A stretch of DNA of 63,983 nucleotides, the filler included, from Fonticula-like sp. SCN 57-25 (taxonomy: Eukaryota): NCBI GenBank assembly GCA_001724245.1. It is 10 parts of 10 records of this genome, joined end to end, with 100 filler letters (N's around TTAATTAATTAA, not from the genome) between each part and the next. Parts side by side here need not be neighbours in the genome. Positions count along the whole stretch, not along the records: positions 32,532 to 38,800 come from MEDX01000466.1; positions 38,901 to 45,184 come from MEDX01000467.1; 8 more parts are not named here. One strand, 5' to 3'. Shown here in pieces: positions 34,881 to 45,284 of this stretch; within the stretch, counting starts at the first letter, position 1; each line of letters starts with the position of its first letter. The translations under genes were made by a program, and so were the position numbers. Below the pieces are notes generated by a model that was given only the letters and a program-made list of their open reading frames with translations, was not told the DNA's origin and made no database searches.

Positions 34881-35010
34881 ATGCGTCGGAGCCAAGGTCA
34901 AACCTGGCTCCTCTCTGCGTTTATTGGCTAGTGTAGAATTGCCCATATTTGTAAGAGTATCTATATATTGGCAGCATGCCACAATAAAGTCGCTTTTCCC
35001 CAGTGACACA

Positions 35011-35240
35011 CGTACAACGGCAGGGTTGCGCGATGTGCAAGACGTGCTGTGCTGCGCGCCAGAGGTCGCCCGCCGACGTCACCTACCGCGCATGACGCAT
35101 CGCGGTTCGAATTTGTGGACGCCAACACGCCTGCTGCTGTTGCCGCCGCTCGCCCTAGTGTCTGCCGTGCTACTGGCCACAGCGATCGCGGTTGTCCCCA
35201 GAAGGCGTACCCCCTCGCGGAAGGATCAGACTGTGTGGCT
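35011..35240 (+). mobile_element. Possible MULE/Mutator transposase C-terminal remnant
   Basis: RGRP...DASRFEFV...SVCRATGHSDRGCP resembles the GRP..DPSxFE..CxxCxxxGHxxxxCP tail of Mutator-like transposases. Confidence 0.5.
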
Positions 35241-35458
35241 GTCTCTAATTCATACGTACATAACATCCCCGACTCCCTATACTAAGATCAAGTCGATTGG
35301 ACAATTGAATACAGTATCAAGACTCGTGATTTCCTATACTGTATATTAATTCGTGCGAGTGTTACGCTGTCATTCACAATTTACAATTTCAGTACAAGTA
35401 GCTACTAGTAAAACCTTGGATGCCGCGCAAAATACCTAGAAATATGAAGAACAAGCTA

Positions 35459-35545
35459 AACGAAAAGTTTTTAAAAGTTTTAAACTTGAGAATAACGCCT
35501 GTGAACGAAAAGTTTTAAAAGTTTTAAACTCGAGAATAACGCCTG
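35459..35545. repeat. Imperfect tandem duplication, unit about 44 bp
   Basis: aacgaaaagttt(t)taaaagttttaaactygagaataacgcctg x2. Confidence 0.9.
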
Positions 35546-35627
35546 ATAAAATTGACTTTGCAAGGTACGGAGGTAAACGCATAAAGGATTTCCACGGATG
35601 ATTAAGACGCCGAGGTAGACATATCGA

Positions 35628-35780
35628 AGTGTTGGCGGCCAGTTAAGTATGATATGTGATTTTCCTAGAGGAAGAGTAGAGTTTATTCAGCAAGTCGTCG
35701 CTGAGTGTTGGCGGCCAGTTAAGTATGATATGTGATTTTCCTAGAGGAAGAGTAGAGTTTATTCAGCAAGTCGTCGCTGA
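35628..35780. repeat. Exact 76-bp tandem duplication
   Basis: agtgttggcggccagttaag...caagtcgtcgctg x2; covers the stop codon of ORF 35719-36318. Confidence 0.93.
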
Positions 35781-36318
35781 CTTTCCCTCGTTCTTGACTT
35801 CGTTTAATAAACTCCTCCAAATCAGCTTGCGCCGCTTTGTCTGCCGTCGTTTCCCCTGCAGCATCGGAAGTCGCCAATTCGTCATAGATCATATCAATCA
35901 AACTAAAAAGGCTCGCTTTGTTAGAGGCGTTCAACTCATCTGCCACTGCATCAGAGCTCCAACAACGACGGTCGCGATTCGTCACATAGTACTCCAGTTC
36001 CGGCATACTGCGCAAATACACACTATAATTTAAAATCAACGAAACGATCTGTGAATCGGTGGGGAGAGACTTTCCCGCCAGTTCATTTACGACCTTCTTA
36101 ACGACGTCACCGTCGCCGATGCTAGTTGGTGGCGGTAGAGGAGACGACAGCACAGGTGTCTGAGGAGTTCGCAGAGATGACGACGACGAGGACCGGGACG
36201 ATTGCGAACCGCAGCTTAATCCCGCAGAAGAATGGCGATCGCGCAGCATTTTAGTGACGCTTTCCCGAAGGAGAGCCACTGGGGAAGACGGAAATGAGCG
36301 GAAAACGACGGAGAGCAA
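35719..36318 (-). CDS. Hypothetical helical protein, start uncertain
   Basis: 199-codon open frame in lower-GC DNA; no family recognised. Confidence 0.45.
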   Translation of the reverse strand: MLSVVFRSFPSSPVALLRESVTKMLRDRHSSAGLSCGSQSSRSSSSSSLRTPQTPVLSSPLPPPTSIGDGDVVKKVVNELAGKSLPTDSQIVSLILNYSVYLRSMPELEYYVTNRDRRCWSSDAVADELNASNKASLFSLIDMIYDELATSDAAGETTADKAAQADLEEFIKRSQERGKVSDDLLNKLYSSSRKITYHT

Positions 36319-36499
36319 AATTGCACATGATTGGACCGCTTAGGGCCTTGATTGGGTAACTGTTGGTCACTAGGCCCAAACAGACCACGTGGATCAACGG
36401 GACCACGTGGACCTCCGTTGGTCCACGTGGGTGTTCATTACATCCTTTTTTCTTTCTGGCGGTGCGCCACGCACTGCGCGGGAGGGCACCTTGCAATCC

Positions 36500-38338
36500 A
36501 TGCAGGAGGGCGTCCAGAGCTCGTACAGTACGAGCCCTAAGGAGTCGACCATATTTGAATATCTTCCGAAGAATGCGGTTTGCTTCTCTGGTGGGGGATC
36601 TCGGGCGTGTGCAGCTGCTGTCGGACAGGTGCGGTCTCTTGTTTCGTGCGCTTTTGAGTGTCATAACCCCTTCGTAGATGCGGTATTTGGTCTCCAAGCG
36701 CCTAATTCCTAAACGAATTGGACTAATTTCCGCAATTTCTGGAGGTGCTTGGGCCACTGTTCCGTATTCCTTTCTACCCTTCGAAGACGGTAGTTTTGCC
36801 TCGAAATACGGAGAATGTCACGACTGGTCGAGTACCATTTTGTGGTCTCTCAAGGAGGAGTCGAGCTGCCCAACCATTTTGTTGTCCTGCCAGAAGTTCG
36901 CGCTAGGTCTAACGGATAAAGACGTACGGAGATTTGATTGGACCACGCCTTTGCGTAGAGCCCTCTTGGAATGCCACAACCTCCATCATAGCCCTGCTTC
37001 CATTCCACCTCCTACAGATATATCTGGTGAGATGGTTTGGGATCGGCTCTCCCTACATGCTTGCGAGTACGACTACCTGGTATATCTCTTTTCCGCTCCT
37101 TGTGGCTCACATAATTGTTATGCGCAGCGACTTCATATCTCCCATGCCGGTCTTTGTCATGAGTGGGGTCCTCGTTGTTCCGCCCCAGGATAAAGTCACG
37201 TTCAAACGTGAGTTGTTTCCCATCAGCTTTTCACCCTACTCGGTTGGTGCGGATGCACGGGTTGTCATATGGTCGACATTTGCGTAGTCTTACGTAACAT
37301 CGTAGGTGGGCACGCTATTGCGACGTACAGCGCGACCACCTCTCCGCGCTATTACGATGGTCACTTTGTCCCGGCAGGAGACTTTGGTCATCCAGTATTG
37401 ACAGTCGATAAAGCATCTTGCACGTTTACTCGAGCTCATGACGAGATAACCAAGTTTGATCTCGCGGACGCGCTAAGTATCGTGTCAAATGCACCAGCGG
37501 CGTATGCTCGTGGCGCGCATTTTTTGCAGACGGAGTATTATTTGAGATGGTTCCAAAACAAGTATCTGTGCGCCCACTATGCTCATCGTGCGTTTCTCAC
37601 CATTGCTTTCGAATTGTAAGATACTGGAATCACCGGGACGAAGTGCCAGCGAGCAACGAAACTGTTATGTTGGACTCGGGAGTAGAACACGACAATTGCG
37701 GCGTGGCGGCTGCGCTTGCCCGTGGGATGCGCAGACTGATCGTGTTTGCTAATACGAATAAGGACTTGGCTAAAGCAATACTTATTGATAAGCACGTCGC
37801 GCGCTTGTTTGGTGTGGCAACTGGAACAGACACCAACGAAATTAAACATATTGCCGGTGCGCTTTCACGTCTTTCGTTATTATTTCTTGACATTAGTGAC
37901 ATATGCGCGAAGTGTTTAAAAGTGAAGGTCTCCAAGCTCTGCAGAATAAATTGCAAGATTGCGTCAGGGATAGGGTCCCAACAGTTGCACAAACAACTGA
38001 GACACTAAAGGATTCCGAAGAGCAAGTTGACGTGCTGTGGATCTTTTTGAGCTCGTCCGTTCTCGATGAGTTCAAGACACGTGTGGATGCCGTTGCCCAT
38101 AAGTATCTATGCCATAATGCTATGGCGACATTTCCTAATTTAGATACCGTGCGCTTTTTTGTCGACATTGACGTTGTGATTATTGATGGGTTTCTTAAAC
38201 TAGAAAAGAGGACATGGAGGCCGAATGCCGAGCCCGCATATTCTCAACTGGCAAGCGCAGCTTCTTGCTGCGTACGCCGAGTTCTGTTTGCAGAAGGTGG
38301 AAGACAACATCACCCGTTTTCTTGCGAATTTAACGTAA
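36500..38338 (+). CDS. Patatin/cPLA2-like phospholipase, intron-rich (or a decaying gene)
   Basis: AVCFSGGGSRA..GQ|MRYL, ISAISGGAW (nucleophile Ser), MLDSG..DNCGV..ALARGMRRLIVFAN, C-terminal QAQLLAAYAEF; GT-AG intron 36629-36677. Confidence 0.65.
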
Positions 38339-39239
38339 TATATTATTATGATGTAACAAGCAACGTGCGACTGTGACTGACCTGTGACACATCAATGTGG
38401 CAGTGCACCGTCAGCCGTGAAGTTCAATAAATCCCGTCAATTCGGCCTCAGTCGGGGTTGGTAATAGTTATTATTTTTACCAAGGCCATTGACCTTTACA
38501 AAGAGGAAGAGGTAGAAAAAGTATCAAAGAAAGAACCATAAAGATCAGAGGAGAAATGATGAAGATACAAAGAGAAATCAGATCAGATTGCAAACTGCAA
38601 TCTCAAAAACAGTCGCGTGCTGTCACTATGATACGCTCTCAAAGAAGAATGTCCGCTTGTCGGCCTTGAACAGCCCGCACTGAACCCAGACGTTCATCCG
38701 AGTCGGCAGACTCGAGCCGACGCGACGCATATCACTCCGATAGCAGCGAATAATATATCTACAAGCGCGGTCGGCCGTAAACAGTGAAATATCATCAGTG
38801 NNNNNNNNNNNNNNNNNNNNNNNNNNNNNNNNNNNNNNNNNNNNTTAATTAATTAANNNNNNNNNNNNNNNNNNNNNNNNNNNNNNNNNNNNNNNNNNNN
38901 ATGAGGCTGGCCAAGGACACGGGGAGCATCGGCGCGGACGAGGATGACTCGCACGCGATCGCGAGGAGCATCAGCGCCGACAAGGCATCGCCCGCAAGTG
39001 TCGCCGCAAAGGCGGTCGCGCCGACGGTAAAAAAGCCGAAAATTGTTAAAATTTGATTTGCTTTCATTTGTGCCTGTTGAAATAGAAGTATTTTTTGCTT
39101 ATGGTCAATGACACTGATTATGGTCAGGGACAAAATGTGTGCCACAGCCACTGACCAAGTGCCCATATTCAAATCATCACCCTTGACACTATAAATACTT
39201 ATCATTATATTATCATCAACGTATACTGTACACTCGCCA

Positions 39240-40851
39240 CTACACTGCGATCCCCTCGGTCTCATAGTCCATCACCCCCGTATCACCCACCTCTCTCGGC
39301 GGCAGCACATTCGCATACGACACGAGCGCCGGCCTGTACTCTTCCCCTCTGTGCCCTTCATGCCTCGGCGGCCTCTCATGCTCCCTCGAGCGCTCATATG
39401 CCGGACGATCTTGACGATCATGGCGATCTTGGCGATCTTGGCGATCATGGCGATCATCGCGCGGGCGATCATCCCTGGGACGTTCCTCCCGCGGCCTTAC
39501 CTGCTGCTGCTGCTGCTGCTGCTGCGCGACAATGACGCTGGGCCTATTTTTGTCTGCCAAAAACCCGTTCAAGTACTCTACTTCCTTGACCGCCGCCGCC
39601 ACCTTCTCCTCGTGCTTGACGCGAATGTGCTTGTGGACAAACTCTGCGCCGCGGAACAGCTTGTCGCACAGCGAGCAGCGGTGCCGCGCGTCGTCGAGCG
39701 TGTGCGTGAGCCCGCGCAGCACGCGCTCGGCCTCGGCGTCGGCGTCCTTGCCGCCCAGCGCGGCGACTTCGGCGGCGCTCAGCGGGTCGGCGAGCAGCGC
39801 CGCCACGCGAGTGTCGAGCTGCGACGACCAAGCGCCGGCGGGTAAAAGTGCAGCGGCGTGCTCGGGGGCGTCGCCGCGCGGCCGCAGGAGAACGTCGCCC
39901 GCGCGGCTGGCGAGCGAGGCGGCGCTGCGGAACTGCGTCGCGGTGTAATAATCAAAGAGGTGCACGCGGCGCAGGTAGAGAAGGCGCAGGTCGAGTTGGC
40001 GGGAAAGCTCGGCGGCGCCGACGGAAGCGACGTCGGCGGCAGAGACGGCGGGCAGCGGGCAGGAAACGCCGCGAAGGGCGTCCAGGCGGGCGACGACGCG
40101 CAGCACATTCGTCAGGTCGGCGCGCTTGCGCGGCTCAGAGGCGGCGAGCGAGCAGGGGACAAAGGCGGTCGGCTGCCACGCGGCGACGATCGAGACCTGG
40201 ACGGGCGCGGTGATCTCTTGCGACACGCGGCGGCATAGCTGCTCGGCGTCGCGCTGCTCAGAGGCGGAGAGGGCGACGCGGCAGGAGCGGCGGAAACCGC
40301 GCGCGGGATCGGCGTCGGTCATGTCGATGATGTCGGCATCGGTGACGAGCGCGCGCTTGAGCATCGACTCGAGATCGTGGCGGCGCAGCGTGGGAGGGAT
40401 CCCGCCCACAATAAGCACGCGGGGGGAGGATGAGGAGGCGGAGGCGGCCACGCGGAGAACGAGGCCGTCGAGATGCACAGAGGCAGAAGGGGCGGGGATC
40501 CCCGCGGGGGCGTCAAAGTCGGTCGAGGAAAGCGAGCCATTCTCAAGATCACGCTCAAAGGAGGCAACGTGCGACTGCGCGTGCGAGGAGAGAGCGGCAA
40601 GAGAGGTCGGGTGGTACAGCTCATGAAGCCTGAAGTAGACAAGAAAAGCAGCGTCAGTCGCCGCATTACACGGAAAGGATCGCAACGTACCACTCGGCCT
40701 TGTGATGCTCGGCGAAAAAGGCGGCGGGCGTCACCGCGGGAGCGGCCGCGCGGCGGACAGGCGAGCGACCGCGCTCGTCGCGGGCGTGTGAGCGGGGCTC
40801 GTCCTGACGGCGCACGCGCCCAAACTCGTCTACCGAACGACCGTCGCCCAT
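39240..40851 (-). CDS. SRRT: ARS2/SERRATE RNA effector
   Basis: FFAEHHKAEW|LHELYHP, LDLRLLYLRRVHLFDYY, C2H2 finger CSLCDKLFRGAEFVHKHIRVKH. Confidence 0.9.
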
Positions 40852-41828
40852 GATGACGAGGGACAACTTACCGTCGAGCGGTGTAACGCACAATGATGCA
40901 AACTGGATTGCAAACTGCAAACTGCATCAGATTGATGATGAAGCACAAGAGAAGGGCGGAATAAACGCAAGATCCCGTAACAGTTTACCCGCACAAGTAT
41001 TCAGTTGTGTTGGCTGTATCTAAAGGACACGTTTGTATTGTGCAGCGATGTGAATATACTGAAAATGGTGTTTGTGAAGCGATAAAACACGTCGAACAAT
41101 ATAGAACGATGGAAAAAAGCGGGATTTTTGACTTCAAAGGCTCTATTTCACGTTTATTTCATATATGTGCATGTTCTAGAGGCCTTCCCCCATGTGGTTA
41201 CATATAAAAATAAAAATTCAAATATCAGGACTTTGAAGGATTACCTACCATGATACATATGAGATGTAGTTTATGGGGATTGCATCTGAGCATATGCCGA
41301 AGGCCGCGGCGCGCGGTCGAGATATGAGAAAATTTGTCATTTCAATGCAAATCAGCACTTTGACACAATATATACATAGTATAATATATTTTCTACCTAT
41401 CATATAATGTTGGTTACTACTGCATGCTTAGCAACACGGCAAGTGGAGCCCGTAAACGTCAAAATTCCTTGAAAATTAGCAATTCACGTGACCGCATGCA
41501 ATTTTCGGCCGATGCTGTAGCATGGAGTGCGGCTGCTGAAGCGACTGCATGCATGATGCAGTAAATGCTACTCTAAATGACATTATTATTCACTTTTTGC
41601 TCTAGTTTACTCTATAGATAGCATGTGGCAAATGTCATGAGCATCGCTCGCCCCAGGAACAGATGATTGCATCATGGCATGCACCCAACCATAATCAGAA
41701 TCCTAAACCGCAAGAGAGTATGCACAATATAGTTACTGGCCTTTCTATTCTTTGCTTCTTTCTAAAAGCTCTCTTTACGTACCATCCCGCGCACGGCATC
41801 GGCCCTCAACCACCACCTCGCCTCCCAC

Positions 41829-41860
41829 CCGTGACGTCACGGATCAATCGGTGACGTCAC
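41829..41860. promoter_or_regulatory. Two perfect CRE palindromes (GTGACGTCAC) 20 bp apart
   Basis: ccGTGACGTCACggatcaatcgGTGACGTCAC, about 110 bp upstream of the beta-adaptin ATG. Confidence 0.6.
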
Positions 41861-41966
41861 AAGGTCTGTTTTGTGCGAGTTCCCGTTCCCTTTTGCTGGC
41901 CCGTGCCTGTTGAGGTGGTAGCCTGATCCGCCGCCTCCTCTCCCTGCCCCGCCACGAGCCGACGCA

Positions 41967-44833
41967 ATGGCGACCCGCAGCGTGAATGCCCGCAAGGGTG
42001 CGTATACCATTGCCCACGTATTCTTTTGTTTTCTTTTCTCTTTTGTATCGATGCCTTGTTTTTCTTTCTCTTTTCTTCTTTCCTGTTTTCCCCTTTTTTC
42101 CCTCGGCATGCCGCCCGTTTCCGCCTTGCTAACGCTCTGCCGCGCGCGTTCCAGGCGAGCTGTATGAGCTCCAGCAGGAGCTCCTGTCGTCCAATCACAA
42201 GGAGCAAGTGACTGTGCTGAAGAAGATTGTGGCCAACATGACGCTTGGCTCTGACATGAGCCCCCTGTTCCCTGATGTTTTGCGCTTCATGTCGAGCCCG
42301 ATGGAGATGAAGAAGATGGCGTACCTCTTTGTGGTGACATATGCCAAGCTGAAGCCCGAGCTTGCCCTCCTCACGGTCAACTCTTTTCTAAAGGATGCCG
42401 AGGACATCAACCCCCTCATCCGCGGCCTCTCGCTGCGCACCATGAGCTACATCAACGTGGACAAGATCAACGAGGCCCTCACTGAGCATCTGCGCCGCTC
42501 CCTCAAGGACGACGACGCGTACGTCCGCCGCACCGCCGCCATGTGCGTGTGCAAGCTCTACGAGCACGACCGCCACCTCATCGAGGACCAGGGCTTCATC
42601 GAGACGCTCACCGACATGATCAAGGATCCCAACCCGACCGTCGTCGCCAACGTGCTCGCGTCGCTCACAGAGATCAACAACATGATGGACGACGAGCTCG
42701 TGCTGCCCATCACGTTTGGCACGGTCAGGAATCTGCTCACGGCGCTCAACGACTGCAACGAGTGGGCCCAGACGTACATCCTCGAGGCGCTCCTCCTGTA
42801 CACGCCCGCCGACTCGACCGAGGCAGAGACAGAGGCGCAGCTCGTCGGGCCAAGACTGGCGCACGCCAGTGCCAGTGTCGTGCTGTCGTCAATCAAGCTG
42901 CTCATGCACGTCATGCCGTACTTTTCGTCGGACGAGGTCAAGAGGATGTACTGCAAGAAGATGACGCCGCCGCTCGGTACGTGGAAAGAGTGGAGGAAAT
43001 GTAGAGGAAAAGTAGGAAAGTTTTGTTGGTTTTTTGTGTATTTTTGTGTATTTTAGTGAATTTTACGCCTTTTTGGTGCATTTTCAGTGTTTTTATTTTG
43101 GCCAATTTTGGTGCAAAGTGACATGTTCTTGGTCTTTTTGATGCATTTTTGTCACATTTTCATGCCTTTTTCTGCACCTTTCCTGCCTTTTCTGACCATT
43201 TATTAGTGACGCTCCTTCACTCTGACATGCCCGAGATCAAGTACGTCGGCCTTCGCAATGTCCTCCTCCTCATCCAGAAGCGCCCCGACATTCTCGAGAA
43301 CGAGCTCAAGGTCTTCTTCTGCGAGTACAACGACCCCATCTACGTCAAGCTCGCCAAGCTCGAAGTGATGATGCGCGTCGTGAACGACCGCACCGCCGAA
43401 GCCATCCTTGCCGAGCTCAAAGAGTACGCCACGGAGGTCGACGTTGACTTTGTGCGCAAGGCCGTCCGCGCCATTGGCATCACCGCCGTCAAGATTGAGC
43501 GCGCCGCCGAGCGCGCCATTGAGACGCTGCTCGAGCTCATCCAGACCAAGGTGAACTATGTCGTGCAGGAGGCGATTGTGGTCATCAAGGACATTTTCCG
43601 CAAGTACCCGAACCGCTACGAGTCTATTATTGGCACGCTCTGCGAGAGCCTGGACACGCTGGACGAGCCCGAGGCCAAGGCGTCGATGGTGTGGATCATT
43701 GGCCAGTACAGCGACCGCATCGACAACGCCGCCGAGCTGCTCGACGTGTTCCTCGCGAGCTTCCACGACGAGCCGGTCACTGTGCAGCTGTCGCTGCTGA
43801 CGGCGACCGTCAAGCTTTTCCTGCGCCGCCCGAACGAGTCCGAGGCGCTCATCAAAAAGGTGTTCAAGTGGTGCACCGAGGACGTGAACAACCCGGACCT
43901 GCGCGACCGCGGCTTCATGTACTGGCGCCTGCTCTCGACGGACCCGGCGGCCGCCAAGGTCGTCGTGCTCACCGAGCGCCCGCTGGCCAACGCCGGCACG
44001 TACGACAGCATGGAGCCGTCGCTGCTCAACGAGCTGATCGACCACGTCGGCTCGCTCGCGTCCGTGTACCACAAGCCGCCGAGCGCGTTCCTCGGCAATG
44101 TCAAGACGCGCGTCGGCGCCAACGCGGCCATGGGCGCGGCGGGCGACGTCGAGGTTGTGCAGCGCGGCGCGCGCGGCGGCGTCGACGGCGTCGACGGCGC
44201 GGGCGTGCAGACGTCGGCGGCGACGTCGTACCTGTCGGCGTCGGAGCAGTCGTACAGCACGCCGGGCGTGTCGGTCGCGGGCGGCGGCGTCATGGACCTG
44301 CTCGACCTCGACGAGTCAAGCTCGGACGTCATTGGCGGCGGCGCGGCCGACAGCGGCGCGTTTGGCGGGCTCGGCGGCCTCGCCGGTCTTTCTCTCGGCG
44401 CTGCGCCGTCTCAGCCCGGCATGGGCGGCTTTGGCGCAGGTGCTGCTGCTGGCGCCACAACTGGTGGTACTGCCGCGCCCGCGCTTGGGTTTGGTATCAG
44501 CCAGAACTCGGTGAGCGACATGTTTGCGACCGCCGAGCGGCTTGTGCTGCCCAAGCAGACGTTCCTGTCGGCGGCGGAAGGCAAGGGGCTTGAGGTGGCG
44601 GGGACGTTTGCGAGGCGCAATGCGAATGTGTATCTGGATCTCGTGCTGAGCAACCGCGCGATGCAGGCCATGTCGGACTTTGCCTTGCAGATCAACACCA
44701 ATACGTGCGTATATGGGGGAGTGGAGATGTGGGGATGGGGTAGGAAATGGATAGGAAAATATATAGGGAAAGTATGGATATAATGTGTGTGTGTGTGTGT
44801 GTGTGTGTATGTATGGCTGTCATTATGATGGTT

Positions 44834-44905
<72 letters not shown>

Positions 44906-45184
44906 GCTGTTATTGATGAACATGATCATGATGATATTGAGTATTATTGATGATTATGTGTATGTAAATATGATACTTTGTGTGCTTTTACTGTATTATT
45001 GCCATTATCATTATTATTATCTTCTTTCCTCTTCTCCATGTATCACCCTACTCACACTTCTCCTTAGGTTTGGCCTGACGATGCGGTCCCCCCTTGAGGT
45101 GCACTCCCCTCTGATGCCCGGCCAGTCCGTGAGCACTTCCATTCTCCTCCTCACGACGGGCGCCGTCGTCACGCGCGGCGACAC
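41967..45184 (+). CDS. AP-1/AP-2 beta adaptin (N-terminus resembles fungal AP-2 beta), 3' truncated
   Basis: [71 protein letters not shown]; appendage domain present. Confidence 0.92.
44784..44903. repeat. Intronic (GT)n and (ATG)n microsatellites
   Basis: tgtgtg run followed by more than 20 ATG units. Confidence 0.97.
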
Positions 45185-45284
45185 NNNNNNNNNNNNNNNN
45201 NNNNNNNNNNNNNNNNNNNNNNNNNNNNTTAATTAATTAANNNNNNNNNNNNNNNNNNNNNNNNNNNNNNNNNNNNNNNNNNNN

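Larger units (their letters stand above)
32542..35010 (+). mobile_element. Ty3/Gypsy LTR retrotransposon, internally deleted
   Basis: 5' LTR 32542-32791 (TGTGTCAC...CA), PBS, gag CCHC (CFNCGKVGHRRNEC), protease LVDTGA, RT N-half (LRFCVDYRGLN, MDLSSGYWQV, TAFATPTGLYE), partial 3' LTR 34881-35010. Confidence 0.92.

Noticed and set aside
35282-35293. CTAAGATCAAGT resembling U2 snRNA
   Set aside because: Only 12 nt; the GTAGTA branch-pairing sequence and Sm site are absent
34881-35349. C-terminal extension of the 542-aa pol ORF as a novel domain
   Set aside because: It is read-through into the LTR and flanking DNA
35628-35780. CRISPR-like direct repeats
   Set aside because: Two abutting copies without spacers, in a eukaryotic context
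38901-39030. Short GC-rich coding-like fragment at the contig start
   Set aside because: Too short to assign
44747-44950. Poly-Met and poly-His ORFs
   Set aside because: Translations of an intronic (ATG)n microsatellite
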